A stretch of DNA of 64,000 nt from an uncultured Candidatus Rokubacteria bacterium (GTDB lineage Bacteria > Methylomirabilota > Methylomirabilia > Rokubacteriales > DASRDR01). A program made the translations under genes and the position numbers. Positions 27,076 to 37,799 of the stretch are shown here, piece by piece; position 1 is the stretch's first letter, and each line of letters starts with the position of its first letter. Below the pieces are notes generated by a model, which saw only the letters and a list, made by a program, of their open reading frames with translations, was not told where the DNA came from and did not search any database. Location of the stretch: contig CAWGVS010000001.1 in assembly GCA_963826115.1 (NCBI GenBank), forward strand, positions 32,001 to 96,000, given 5' to 3'.

Positions 27076-27230
27076 GTGATCTGCTCGGTTGCGGGGGGGC
27101 GCTTCGGATGGTGGGCGAACCGCTGGTATTCCGGCTAGTGCTCGACCTAGCACCGCTGCCACGCCACCGGAAGAATGCAACCGGGCATACCCCCAAGAAC
27201 CGCGGCTAAGCCGTGATCACGCTTTCGCCA

Positions 27231-27277
27231 CCTATTCAGTAACTTGCACATGGGATAGCTCCGAAGCAACGCAGGGC
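27231..27277 (+). repeat. ~47-bp direct repeat, copy 1 (copy 2 at 29501-29548)
   Basis: cctattc(c)agtaacttgcacatg.g.tagctccgaagcaacg.agggc in both places. Confidence 0.85.
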
Positions 27278-27338
27278 TCACACTTCACAGTCCTTCGCGC
27301 GATCGGACGCGAGTTCAGCAACCGGGCTCAAACGGCGC

Positions 27339-27358
27339 TTTCAGCCTTGAGAGGGCGG
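27339..27358 (-). repeat. tRNA-Glu(CTC) anticodon-arm remnant
   Basis: Reverse complement CCGCCCTCTCAAGGCTGAAA; followed by tandem GGTTGCCAC repeats resembling integrase arm sites. Confidence 0.5.
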
Positions 27359-27450
27359 AACGACCACTACGATGGCTGACTGACGAGACGGTTGCCACCC
27401 GCGGTTGCCACGGAGCCCTTGAGTGGGAAGCTTCTCACCCTATTTCGATG

Positions 27451-29184
27451 TCAGGAGCCTCCGAGCGCTTGAACTGGCAGGCGCTCGTAGATCGAGTGGA
27501 CGTCCGTCCCGTGGAATCGGGCGACGTGATTGGTCGGCGGCAGGGCCTCCTCGTAGAAGAACTGCGGCAGCTCGTCGTCGCGCGCCGTGAAACCTGCCTG
27601 CCGATTGAACTCGTGCTCGAGGCGGAGCGTCTCCCGGCCCAGGGCCTCGAAGAACTCCTTGGTCAGGCTCGTCGCGTGGGCCGCGTTGATGGTGGTCGCC
27701 AGAAACTCCGTATTGGGGTTGGTGACGCTCTGGCCGAAGATGCAGAGCCCGAGCGAGTCGTTGGCGGCCACGCGCGTCTGCTGGAGGAGGCTCTGGCTCA
27801 GGAGCGCGTCGAGGTCCATCTCACGCGTCTTGAGACGCGGCAGGTTGCCGGCCGTATGGTCGGCGCCCTGGGCTGTCACCATCATGGTGATGCCGGTGGC
27901 CTCCACCACACGGGGGTCGTAGGCGCTGATGGCCTGGCGCTTGATGACGGGCGTCCGCCGCACGTTGTAGTGGGCCCCCACGCGTGCCGTACCCTGGGCC
28001 CAGATGCGCCCCTTCTCCGTTCCCCGGGCGATGTCGCCGAGAACGTCGGCCATGAATTTCGCGTCTCCGAAGGCGCCGAGGCCCGCCTCCATCAAGACGG
28101 CCAGCGTCGCGCCCGTTTCGATCGTGTCGACACCCAGGTCGTTGCAGATGAAGTTGAGCTGGGCGAGGTCGTCGGGCTCGGTGAGACCGCAGTTCGAGCC
28201 GAGGAGCCCCAGGGTCTCGTACTCGACCGGCGAGACGACTTCCTTGCCGCTCGCGTCGTGGTACACGTTGCTGCACTGGATGACGCAGCCGGGCATGCAC
28301 GCGTGGGTCTGCTCGCCGCCGCGAGACGTGTTGAGGGGGCCGATGTGGTCGGCGCCCAGCTTGAACGTCTCGCCGGCAGCGGTGTCCGCGAGCCGCCCGG
28401 CGCTGAAGTTCCGGACCGGCAAACCGCCCATGTGATTCTGGACGTCGGCCATGCCCATGGTCCCGAGCTTTGCGTAAAAGTTCTCCACGATGCTATCGGC
28501 CTGCAGCATCTTGGCGTAGTCTTTGATCGCAGCGGTGACCTTCCGGCTGTCGTGGAACGGCGGGATCCGGTCGAGGTCGAGCACGATGGCCTTGACCCGC
28601 TTGGTGCCCATCACCGCGCCGACGCCGCCGCGCGCTGCGAGGCGCGACGGACGGCGATCCTTGTCGCTGAAGGTGATGCCGGCGATCAGGCCCCCGTACT
28701 CACCCACCGGGCCGCACAGCCCGAGGGCGACCTTCTTGCCGTAGCGGGCATGCAGCATCTCGGCGGCGTGGAAGTTCCCCTTGCCGAGGTACGGCGCGGC
28801 GTCGTCGAAGTCGAGGCCACCGTCCTTGCGGAAGTGGAGGACCACCCAGTCTGGCGCCGCGCCGGAGAGCGTGAAGCCGGAGATGCCGAGCTGACCTAGT
28901 CCGTAGCTGAAGGTCCCGCCGCCGTTCGCCTCCTTGATGCCGCCCGTCAAGGGGCTCTTGCAGCCGACGCTGGTCCGGTTCGCGTTGGAGAACGACGTCC
29001 CCGCAAACGGGCCCGCCGAGAAGATGAGCGGGTTCGCGGGTGAGAGTGGGTCGACCTTCGCCGTGCCCCGCTCGAGGAGGGTCCGGGCGATGAGGTAGCG
29101 GCCCGCTCTGACGATCTCCTCCCCTTGCAGCTCCCTCTTCGTGACGGTGCGACTGGTCAGATCGATCTCGTAGTACGTGCGCAT
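27451..29184 (-). CDS. Aldehyde:ferredoxin oxidoreductase (tungstopterin AOR family)
   Basis: KSPLTGGIKEAN, AARGGVGAVMG, CMPGCVIQC, EYET, DTIE, DSLGLC. Confidence 0.9.
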   Translation of the reverse strand: MRTYYEIDLTSRTVTKRELQGEEIVRAGRYLIARTLLERGTAKVDPLSPANPLIFSAGPFAGTSFSNANRTSVGCKSPLTGGIKEANGGGTFSYGLGQLGISGFTLSGAAPDWVVLHFRKDGGLDFDDAAPYLGKGNFHAAEMLHARYGKKVALGLCGPVGEYGGLIAGITFSDKDRRPSRLAARGGVGAVMGTKRVKAIVLDLDRIPPFHDSRKVTAAIKDYAKMLQADSIVENFYAKLGTMGMADVQNHMGGLPVRNFSAGRLADTAAGETFKLGADHIGPLNTSRGGEQTHACMPGCVIQCSNVYHDASGKEVVSPVEYETLGLLGSNCGLTEPDDLAQLNFICNDLGVDTIETGATLAVLMEAGLGAFGDAKFMADVLGDIARGTEKGRIWAQGTARVGAHYNVRRTPVIKRQAISAYDPRVVEATGITMMVTAQGADHTAGNLPRLKTREMDLDALLSQSLLQQTRVAANDSLGLCIFGQSVTNPNTEFLATTINAAHATSLTKEFFEALGRETLRLEHEFNRQAGFTARDDELPQFFYEEALPPTNHVARFHGTDVHSIYERLPVQALGGS

Positions 29185-29225
29185 CGAACCTCCCTCATCA
29201 CTCTGACGGGTGTGCGTCGGATCGC

Positions 29226-29474
29226 TCATTCACGGCTGGCCTGCGGCGGGCATGAGCCCAGAGCCCACCGCTCCCGTGGGACGCCGCTCCCCGACATCGT
29301 ACCAGGACACGCGGCCCGGGAGGTAATCAGGGAGGCGAGCTGGACCATGAGCCGCAGCCACACATCGAGCAGCGCATCCTCGATGACCTCATCGAACGCC
29401 CAGTTGTCGAAGATCTCGATCAGCGCGGGATCCGTAACCCTCAGGGTCGACGGGTGGTCGAAGAAGAAGCGCAT
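29226..29474 (-). pseudogene. Carboxymuconolactone decarboxylase-family fragment
   Basis: TLRVTDPALIEIFDNWAFDEV..RLMVQLASLI, then degenerates. Confidence 0.55.
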
Positions 29475-29500
29475 CGTGGTTGCGCTGCCGCGTGGCTAAT

Positions 29501-29548
29501 CCTATTCCAGTAACTTGCACATGCGGTAGCTCCGAAGCAACGTAGGGC
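29501..29548 (+). repeat. ~47-bp direct repeat, copy 2
   Basis: Near-identical to 27231-27277. Confidence 0.85.
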
Positions 29549-29770
29549 AAGCGGCCCTAGGGTCCTCGCTGAGCCTGCCCCTCTAGCCGGCCGTCCGCAC
29601 CCGTCCCCGCACAATTCCCGCACAACGGCATTCGCGGTGTCGGAGCATCCAGCGCGCGTTGTCCGGCAGGCGCCCGAGTGGGCAGAGGGACTGCAGGGAC
29701 CACAGGATATCAAGAGCATCGGCAATGCCCAACAGACGCCACGGGTCTCCCGCCGGTGCCGTCTCGCCGG

Positions 29771-30433
29771 CTACAACATGTTGATGGCGCGCGATGCGAC
29801 GATGATGATCGTAATGAGCGCGATCGTGCTTTGAAGCATCATCAGCATCTTGGCGCGAGGCGTCAGCGGCAGAGCATCGGTGGCGCTGAATGCCGTCGCC
29901 GTCGAGTATGCCAGGAACAGGTAGTCGAGGTACCTGGGCTCCCAGCCCGGCGACGCGTCCTCGGGTGCTCCCGCTTGCGGAAAGAGCCAGTCCGGCTTCA
30001 GGCTCAGGTTGTTCGCCCGAGCGAGCGAGCCGCCTCGATCGAGTTGCCAGTACAGCAACGAGAACGCGAGCACATTGACCACCCACAGCCCGATGGATGC
30101 AGCGAGAAGCGCGAGCCCGGTGATCTCCTTCGATTTGTACACGATCTCCGCGACTATGCGGCCCAGGCTCGCCAGGAGTCCGACCTCCACGACTCCGAAG
30201 AACAGAAAGGCCGTCGTCCTCTCGATGCGCAGCCACCGCGCCTTTGACGAGCTCAGCGCGACGGCAGCCATCGGGCCAAGCATTGCAAGCGTGACGATGT
30301 AGGGAAACCACGCTGGCAACAGCGACAGGCGGGGGTGCAGCGACGCGATCAGGAAGAGCACGGCGACGATCGCGAGCGCAGGGGGCCAGCGCGGCTCGAT
30401 CCGCGGCTCCTGGCCGGGTCCCACCGGGCTCAT
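29771..30433 (-). CDS. DUF1345-like membrane protein
   Basis: EPRWP, FSLLYWQLDRGG, DWLFPQ, DYLFLAYSTATAFSATD.LPLT. Confidence 0.8.
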   Translation of the reverse strand: MSPVGPGQEPRIEPRWPPALAIVAVLFLIASLHPRLSLLPAWFPYIVTLAMLGPMAAVALSSSKARWLRIERTTAFLFFGVVEVGLLASLGRIVAEIVYKSKEITGLALLAASIGLWVVNVLAFSLLYWQLDRGGSLARANNLSLKPDWLFPQAGAPEDASPGWEPRYLDYLFLAYSTATAFSATDALPLTPRAKMLMMLQSTIALITIIIVASRAINML

Positions 30434-30793
30434 CTGGGGCGCCTCGCTCTCGTCATCGCCGCACGAACTCCCGCGTGTCGCCGGACGGGCCGAGCCCGCG
30501 GCCGATCTGGACCGCGATCCCCCCAGGACCACCGAGCGTCATACGGGGCCCGCCGCGGCGTCCACCTCCCGATGCTCGCGAGCGCATCGTCGTCTGCGAC
30601 AGCCGCCGCATCGACACGCTCATCGTCCTCCCCGCTGTGCTCTGTCGCACTTCGTGTGGGTGGGTCTCCATCGGGCGCGGACGGTCCAAGCACGCTGGCT
30701 GCGATCCAAGGTCCCGCGACGCGCCGGGCGATCCGGGCCCACTGGGCGCGGAGGGAGACCACAGCCGCGAGCCCGACCAGAAGGCATGTTCCG

Positions 30794-31150
30794 CTACGTC
30801 GTCGTCTCCTTGTCCGATGCCCGAGTCAACAGCGCCGTCATGATCGCGTGCAGGCCGACCGCCGGCCACAGGAGGACGCCGGTCGACCCGCCCACGAAAC
30901 CCACATAGGCGAGATACAGCGTGATGGCCGCGCTGTACGTCAGCATGCCGATCCGCGGCGGACCGGGCCAGCAGGCGATCCCCAGAGCGATCAGGGCGAT
31001 GCCGGTCACGCGCGCCACCACCATGGCCATGCCGGTCAACTCGGCGCCGAACAGCACTTGCCCCACCATCGACGGAGCGAGCAGCAACACCGCTCCCGTC
31101 GCGGCTTCACTGACAGCAGCAAGCCCCAACACCGTCTTCAACCCGTCCAT
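30794..31150 (-). CDS. Small hypothetical membrane protein
   Basis: Four hydrophobic segments; EAATG..IALGIACWP..LWPAV.LH; follows the arylsulfatase. Confidence 0.75.
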   Translation of the reverse strand: MDGLKTVLGLAAVSEAATGAVLLLAPSMVGQVLFGAELTGMAMVVARVTGIALIALGIACWPGPPRIGMLTYSAAITLYLAYVGFVGGSTGVLLWPAVGLHAIMTALLTRASDKETTT

Positions 31151-31192
31151 CTCGTGCCTTCGCGAGCTCCGGTCCGAAATGGCCGAACGCCG

Positions 31193-33634
31193 CTAGGGCT
31201 TCGTCGGGTCGAGCTTGATGGTCAGCTTGGTGATCTTCCCGGTGAACTTGAACGGCGGATCGTAGCGATACTCCACCAGCGCCACGCCGGTCCGCGTGTC
31301 CAGGCCGACATCGAAGGTTTCGTCCTCCGGGAACGTGACGGGCGTGGTGTGCTCCAGGGTATTCCTGGCCACTTCCTTGCCGTCCACGTAGAGCACCCCC
31401 GTCCCTCCCTTGCCCAACCCTGGCCCTTCGGACTTGAACTCGAACACGATCGCGTGCTTGCCAGCCTTCAGCTCGGGCCCTTCCCACGTCGTGCGCTTCA
31501 GGTCCAGCAGGTTGTAGAGGAACACCGGCCGGCTCCGGCCGATGCCCAATTCGCCCTTGCTCAGGAACAAGCCGTAGCCCCCGAAGCGTCCGCCCTCGGT
31601 CACGATCATGCCGTCGGCGCCGCCTTCGGGGATCTCGACCTCTGCGGTGATGGTGTAGGACTTGTTGAGGATGCTCGGCGCCGCGCTCTTCGGCGTACCG
31701 GCGAGCTCGCCCGAATACGTGAACGCCGTTCGTCCCCCCGTGAGGTCCGGGCGCGGCGTGTTCCACCGCGCGAGTGTCGAATTGTCGAGCGGCAGCACGT
31801 TGTACTTCTTCGCCTCGGAGTAGAAGAGGGCCTGCATCTCCTTGAGCTTCTTCGGCATCTTGGCCGCCAGGTCGTTGAACTGGGTGGGGTCGTCCTTCAC
31901 GTTGTACAGCTCCCAGCTGTACCCGGTGATCACGTCCGGAGGCGTCTTGGTGCTCAGCTCCCACGGGAGCGTCGCCGGCGTCGTGGCCGCCACCCACCCG
32001 TCGTGATAGATGGCGCGATTGCCGAGCATCTCGAAGTACTGCGTCGTATGCCGGGTGGATGCGTTGGCATTCGCCTTGTCCCACGTGTACTTCATGCTCA
32101 CGCCTTCGATGGGGTTCTGCTTGACGCCGTTGATCGTGTCGGGCGCCCGGATGCCGGCCGCCTCGAGGATGGTCGGCACGACGTCGATGACGTGGTGGAA
32201 CTGGCGGCGGATGCCGCCCACGTCCTTGATGTGGCCCGGCCAGGACATGGCCACGCCCTGGGATGTCCCGCCGAAGTGCGACGGCACCTGCTTCACCCAC
32301 TTGAACGGCGTGTCCATCGCCCACGCCCAGCCCGCCGCGAAGTGCGGGAACGTCCGCTCGGATCCCCAGAACTCGTACCAGAGGAACTGGTCCTTGACCG
32401 GCACGGCCACGCCATTGAAGGTGGTGAACTCGTTCGGCGTGCCGTTGATCATGCCCTCGGCGCTCGCGCCGTTGTCGCCCCCGATGTAGATGATCAGGGT
32501 GTTGTCGAGCTCGCCGAGATCCTCGACGGCCTGGATGACCCGGCCGATCTCATGGTCGGCGTACGCCAGGTAGGCCCCGTAGACGTCCGCTTGCTTGATG
32601 AACAGCTTCTTCTCTTCCCAGCCGAGGGAGTCCCACTCCGGCAGTCCCTTCGGCCACGGGGTCAGCTGGGCGTTCGGCGGCATGATGCCCAGCCGCTTCT
32701 GGTTGGCGAAGATGGTCTCGCGCACCTTGTTCCAGCCTTCGTCGAACAGGTGCATGTCGCTGACCTTCTTGAGCCACTCGGGCGTCGGATGATGCGGCGA
32801 GTGGGTGGCGCCCGGCACGTAATAGACCAAGAACGGCTTGTCCGGCGCGACCGCCTTGACCTGCTTCATGTACTGGATGGCCTCGTCGGCCATCGCCGTC
32901 TCCAAGTTCCAGCCGGGATTGCCCTGGAAGGGGTAGATGGCCGTCGTATTGCGGTAGAGGTTCGGCTGCCACTGGCTGGCGTCGCCGCCGACGAAGCCAT
33001 AGAAGTACTCGAAGCCCATTCCGTTCGGCCATTGATTGAACGGCCCGGCCTGGCTGGACTGATAGGAGGGCGTGTTGTGGTTCTTGCCGAACCACGACGT
33101 CGCGTACCCGTTCTCCTTCAAGATGGTACCGACGGTGCCCTTGTCGATCGGGATGATCGAGTCGTATCCCGGAAAGCCGGTCGCGATCTCACCGACCACC
33201 CCGAAGCCGACCGAGTGATGATTGCGGCCCGTGATGAGCGCCGCGCGCGTCGGCGAGCACAGCGACGTCGAATGGAAGTTCGTGTAGCGCAGTCCCGCCT
33301 GTGCGATCCGATCCATGGCCGGCGTGGGAATGACGCCGCCGAAGGTGCTCGGGGCGCCGAAGCCCTGGTCGTCCGTCATGATGAGCAGCACGTTGGGAGC
33401 GCCCTTCGGCGGCACGACGCGCGGCGGCCACCAAGGTTTCGACTCCGAAGCCTTTTGCTTGATCACCCCACCGAACTTCGGAACCGGCGCCGGCAGCTGT
33501 TTCCCGCCGGTCGTGGTGGTGGCGCTCGGCGCCCCCAGCTCACCGGTCACTTGCTGGGCGATGCCCCATGAGGAGCCGAATGCCAAGACGACACCTGACA
33601 CCGCGACGGCGACGGCGAGCTTGACGGCCTTCAT
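31193..33634 (-). CDS. Arylsulfatase (Cys-type formylglycine enzyme), secreted
   Basis: PNVLLIMTDD, CSPTRAALITGR, GKNH, GDNG; signal peptide. Confidence 0.95.
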   Translation of the reverse strand: MKAVKLAVAVAVSGVVLAFGSSWGIAQQVTGELGAPSATTTTGGKQLPAPVPKFGGVIKQKASESKPWWPPRVVPPKGAPNVLLIMTDDQGFGAPSTFGGVIPTPAMDRIAQAGLRYTNFHSTSLCSPTRAALITGRNHHSVGFGVVGEIATGFPGYDSIIPIDKGTVGTILKENGYATSWFGKNHNTPSYQSSQAGPFNQWPNGMGFEYFYGFVGGDASQWQPNLYRNTTAIYPFQGNPGWNLETAMADEAIQYMKQVKAVAPDKPFLVYYVPGATHSPHHPTPEWLKKVSDMHLFDEGWNKVRETIFANQKRLGIMPPNAQLTPWPKGLPEWDSLGWEEKKLFIKQADVYGAYLAYADHEIGRVIQAVEDLGELDNTLIIYIGGDNGASAEGMINGTPNEFTTFNGVAVPVKDQFLWYEFWGSERTFPHFAAGWAWAMDTPFKWVKQVPSHFGGTSQGVAMSWPGHIKDVGGIRRQFHHVIDVVPTILEAAGIRAPDTINGVKQNPIEGVSMKYTWDKANANASTRHTTQYFEMLGNRAIYHDGWVAATTPATLPWELSTKTPPDVITGYSWELYNVKDDPTQFNDLAAKMPKKLKEMQALFYSEAKKYNVLPLDNSTLARWNTPRPDLTGGRTAFTYSGELAGTPKSAAPSILNKSYTITAEVEIPEGGADGMIVTEGGRFGGYGLFLSKGELGIGRSRPVFLYNLLDLKRTTWEGPELKAGKHAIVFEFKSEGPGLGKGGTGVLYVDGKEVARNTLEHTTPVTFPEDETFDVGLDTRTGVALVEYRYDPPFKFTGKITKLTIKLDPTKP

Positions 33635-33766
33635 GCGAGGTCCCCTCCCTTTCGATGAGTTCTGTCGACCGCGACATTCACAGACCGTGACCCCATGCCG
33701 TGCCGCGACTGTCCGGACCCGCATCGCGTCCCTCTCTTTCACCGGCTCCTCACCTCGAGAGTCCGC

Positions 33767-34673
33767 TCAGAAGTAGAGGTTCAGGCCCAGAAACGGCCCG
33801 TTCATCTCGATGTCCGCGTCGAAGGTCCGGGCACCGCTGCCCTTCTCGATGTCGATGTTCATGTACCGCCAGCCGATCAGAGCCGAGGCGCTGGGGACGA
33901 AGCGCCATTCCAGGCCACCGATGAGGTTGTACGTGAAGTTCGACTGGTTGTCGGAGATGCCAAAGCCTGCGGCGTCTCCACGGAACCAGAGCGCGACCGA
34001 GTCGCTGATATGCCAGGTGATGCGGCCGCCGACCATCGGGTCGATCAGGCTCGCGCTGTCCGAGACCTTCTGGTTCGGGAAGCCGAGCGACACGTCCACC
34101 CACATGAACCGACCCCCGGCCAGGGGCTCGAACGTGAGCGAGCCTGCCTTGCCCAGCTAAGGGCGGGAAGACGGTACGTCCCCGCGAACTCGAAGAACAG
34201 CTCCTGGAGGTTCGTGCTCTCGGAGACCCCGTTCCGCGTCTCGCTCTGCCCGACGCTCACGTAGAAGAGATCGAGGAGCCCGGTCCACTGGCGCCACGTG
34301 GCCTCCGCGTGCGCGGCGAAGGCGAAGTGGAGCTGCGGGACGAGGTCGACGACGTCGATCGTGGTCGACCGGCTGAACTGGCCGACGTCGAGATTCATCT
34401 TGGTGCGAGCCATCCAGAAATAGGGCGCGACCGTGAACTGCCAGTCCTTACCCGACCCGCCCGGCGCGGCGCCGCCGCCGGCCTGGGCCATCAGGATCGA
34501 CCCAGGGCTCAGCGCGGCGACGACATGTGCGCCGGCAGGGTTGCCCTCGGCCGAGTCCAGCAGGCCGAACTGCCGGCCCTCGCCCATTGATCGTCCGCAT
34601 GCACCGGCCACGGAGCCAGCACGAGGATCACGGCTATCAGTCCAAGCCATGTCCGTGTTCGTATCTCACGCAC
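33767..34673 (-). pseudogene. Outer-membrane beta-barrel-like protein broken by two frameshifts (~34570 and ~34160)
   Basis: Signal peptide (WLGLIAVILVLAPWPVHA), WQFTVAPYFW and DPMVG..GPFLGLNLYF (terminal Phe) lie in three separate reading segments. Confidence 0.65.
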
Positions 34674-34990
34674 CGAGCCGGTCAGCCCGTTTCTGCGATC
34701 CATGCCTGTGTTTCCTCCAGGTTCTGTTGCGAGCGCCCGGTCGGATGCGTCCCATTGACCCATCCGCCGAGGGGGTCCATCCCTAGTCGCTCCGAAGGCC
34801 CGACGCGATCGAGGTGCCGGCCGCCCGAACGTGGAACCCTCGATCTCCAGAGGCGCGGGGATCTCGTCCGCGGTCGAATGGGTCAGGCAGTGCGGCAAAA
34901 GTGGGACAGCGCCCACACTTTGGCCTTCGGTATTCAAGACCGTCCAACCCGGGTCGCACCTCGACTCGGCATGGTCGGCCGCGCACCGTT

Positions 34991-35593
34991 TCAGGGCTTG
35001 GGGAGGTGCGTCTTGGTCTGATTGTTGCTCTCGTCCGACTCCTTCACCTGCTGGCTGGCATCGACGGTCGCCGTGACCTCGCATCGGAACTGCTGCAGAC
35101 CACACTTCGTCGACCCGATGGACGCCACGTGAGTCTCTCCCGGGCCCAGTGCGGGCACACTCAAGGTCTTCGTGGGGAAGCACGATGCCGCGTAGTCGGG
35201 CGCCGGCTGGTAGATCGGCTGCGAGTTGACGACGTTGGGAACGCTCGGCGACATCGTCACCTTGAAGGGCGCGCACTCGATCTTCAGCGTGCTCGGACCC
35301 GCCTTCGCGCCCTTGTTGCGCACCGATACGGTGATGTTCGCGCCCGTCGGTCCATTCATCGCCTTGAGCCATTCGATGGTGAGATCGGGCAGCACCTGAA
35401 TCACGGAAGGAGCGGGAGCGCTGGCTCCGGGGGACGGTTGCGGCGACACGGGAGCCGTTGGCGCGACCCGGGAGCCCCCGGCCCCCGGACCTTGCGCTCC
35501 GACGCCCGGACCTCCAGGCCAGAGAGCCACGATCAGACCGAGGATCGCGCACGGGAGCGCGGGAAACTGGCGGGCAGGGTGTCTGAGCGGCAT
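34991..35593 (-). CDS. Secreted CARDB/Ig-like domain protein
   Basis: LPDLTI..VSVRNKG..VPALGPGET..VDASQQVKESDESNN. Confidence 0.8.
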   Translation of the reverse strand: MPLRHPARQFPALPCAILGLIVALWPGGPGVGAQGPGAGGSRVAPTAPVSPQPSPGASAPAPSVIQVLPDLTIEWLKAMNGPTGANITVSVRNKGAKAGPSTLKIECAPFKVTMSPSVPNVVNSQPIYQPAPDYAASCFPTKTLSVPALGPGETHVASIGSTKCGLQQFRCEVTATVDASQQVKESDESNNQTKTHLPKP

Positions 35594-36003
35594 GGCGGCA
35601 CCTCCTCTGGGCGCTCGGACGTGAAGACCAGCGTCTCGTCCTGGCGCTGATGCCGTCGAGGGTAGCACGGGCGCGACATCGGTCGCCCGTTCGGTCGCCA
35701 ACTCGGGCGCACCCTCGTTCGCCCGGCCGCGGTTCTCACCGAGTCCCCGTTCGACCCGGAGAGCCGCCGGCCCTGCGGCTGACGTGCCGGGTGCCGTCAG
35801 GACCGGCCCTGTCGACCGGGCCCGGCGGCGAGGCACTCAAGGCTGGATCCCCGGCGCCTTGGGGCCGCCGGGGATCGGCTGGACGCTCGTCTTGCAGAGG
35901 GCACGTGCGTTCTGCTTGATCACGAGCTCGGATGCGATGGCCGCTGCCGCCCGGGCAGAGCTGAATCACGATCGGCTGGCCCAGCACCTCGGGAGCCGCG
36001 CCG

Positions 36004-36519
36004 ATGAAGGTCCGGGCCACGAGATCGCTCGGTGGCGTCTCCCCGTCTGGCGAATTCCCGACGCTTTGGGTCTCGAACATGGGCTGCTGGCGCTGGCAAG
36101 GCACGGCGTCCCACGTGGAGAGCGGGGAACAGATCCACTCGAGCTGGACCGGTGAGGTCACCTTTGAACGTCTGGCCGCCACGGGCCCCGTGATCGCGTA
36201 CCGGCAGGTCGCCGGCCGGGTCGATTGGGAATACGAGGAGCGTCGGGACGACTACCGCCATGTGGGTAGCGGGACGACGGCGTTCCTTCGAGACATCGAC
36301 CTCGGCTGGTCGTTCAACCACGTGATCTCGTGCCCCGAGCACTGCAACACCGAACTCGTCACCGCCCCGGAGGGCGTGGGAGCCTACACTCGACTCTGCC
36401 CGGACAGCTTTCCTGAGCAGGGCCTGTCCGGTTTCATGTCGGTGCACTCCACCGGCGCGGGAACCAGCACGAGGTCAGCAGTGACGGGACGACGGCCGAA
36501 GGGCGCTACGCGCCCCTGA
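36004..36519 (+). CDS. Hypothetical protein (possibly partial)
   Basis: Beta-rich protein-like ORF, no recognised motif. Confidence 0.35.
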   Translation: MKVRATRSLGGVSPSGEFPTLWVSNMGCWRWQGTASHVESGEQIHSSWTGEVTFERLAATGPVIAYRQVAGRVDWEYEERRDDYRHVGSGTTAFLRDIDLGWSFNHVISCPEHCNTELVTAPEGVGAYTRLCPDSFPEQGLSGFMSVHSTGAGTSTRSAVTGRRPKGATRP

Positions 36520-37373
36520 CCGGTGACGTCAATGAATGGCGGCTGGAGGCCCAGCGAGAGTAGGCGACCCGCGCGACAGGAACCGATCCCATCGGCAGAC
36601 TTCCACGCCCGCCGGCGATCGTGCCCGGCGGACCCGCGCGGTTGGCGTCTCGCGCGCGGCCGTCTACGCTCTCGCCGTGGTGAAACGGCCGGACGACTCG
36701 CGCGACCATCCATTGGCCGCCAGCCACGGCCGTCCCCCCGTCTGCCTGTCTGCCCGCTGGGCCTGTCGGTCGGGTTCCAGGCCTCATCTCCCGACCTCCC
36801 GCCGCCCTGGCCGAACCCGCCAGCACCGCGCTATCGTTCGGGCACGCCGCCGGCGGCGGAGCCGACGCCGCGAGCCCGAGAGGGGGGGCGGGGCACGGCG
36901 CAGCGACGCAGAAACGTGCTTTGGATTCCTACGTTCTGCTGATCGCGTGGTGGGTGCTCTCGTCCGTGTGCTCGGCAGGATCGATCGTTGTGACTCCTGC
37001 CCTTCCAGGCGCGTGAAGTCGACGTCCTTGGTTTGGGCCAGCGCGACGATGGCCCATATCAGGGTCAGCGACGTGACAAGGACACGGATCACGCGAGTGG
37101 TTACAGGGCCCCTCCTCCCGCGATTGGCCGCGATTTGGTCGCGCTTCGCGGTGGCGAGATGCCGGAGTGTAGCACCGGGCCCATGGGTGCGGGAAGGGAC
37201 CCGGCCGCTGGTGGACAGCCTTGATCCACTGCGATGGTGTTAGGGTTGGCTGGAGCGGGAGGGCGAGTCCGGCTACCACACTGATCCCTCGCCGGGTTCC
37301 GACCATCATGGCCGCCACGACTCGCCACACACGAAGAGGTCCACCAGAATCGGTGCCAGAAAGGGGAAAGCCG

Positions 37374-37799
37374 ATGAGCCGGACGATGGCGGTTGTGTTG
37401 CTGGTCCTTTTTCCGGGCACGGCAGGCATGGCACAGTCGGCGAGGACGGCATCCACAGCGGCCGCCCGGACGGAGGCCACGCAGGCAATAGCGGAGTCGT
37501 CGGCCAGACTGTCCGAGCTCGACGCCGTTCACGCCAGGATCGTGCAATCGAATGCCGACCTGTCGAAGATGTATTCCGCGCTGAGCCGGAAGATCGGCGA
37601 GGCGCAGAAGCTGATGGGTGACCCCGCCCGTGCGCAGGAGCAGCTCAAGCAGATCCAGGAGATGACTCAGGGCTTCAACGTACAGTACCTCCAGCTGCAG
37701 CAGAAGATGCAGGATGAATCGCGCCAGTTCACGCTGCTGAGCAATGTCATGAAGACAAAACACGACACGGCCAAGAACTCGATCAGCAATATCCGTTGA
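37374..37799 (+). CDS. Secreted coiled-coil protein with T3SS needle/filament-like C-terminus
   Basis: RBS AAGGGG; signal peptide; YLQLQQKMQDESRQFTLLSNVMKTKHDTAKNSISNIR. Confidence 0.65.
   Translation: MSRTMAVVLLVLFPGTAGMAQSARTASTAAARTEATQAIAESSARLSELDAVHARIVQSNADLSKMYSALSRKIGEAQKLMGDPARAQEQLKQIQEMTQGFNVQYLQLQQKMQDESRQFTLLSNVMKTKHDTAKNSISNIR

Noticed and set aside
30335-33571. 1078-aa + strand ORF
   Set aside because: Antisense shadow of the arylsulfatase; no motifs; expected in high-GC DNA
34885-34930. Riboswitch-like hairpin (c-di-GMP-like) upstream of the barrel gene
   Set aside because: Only a short imperfect stem; conserved riboswitch motifs and second stem not found
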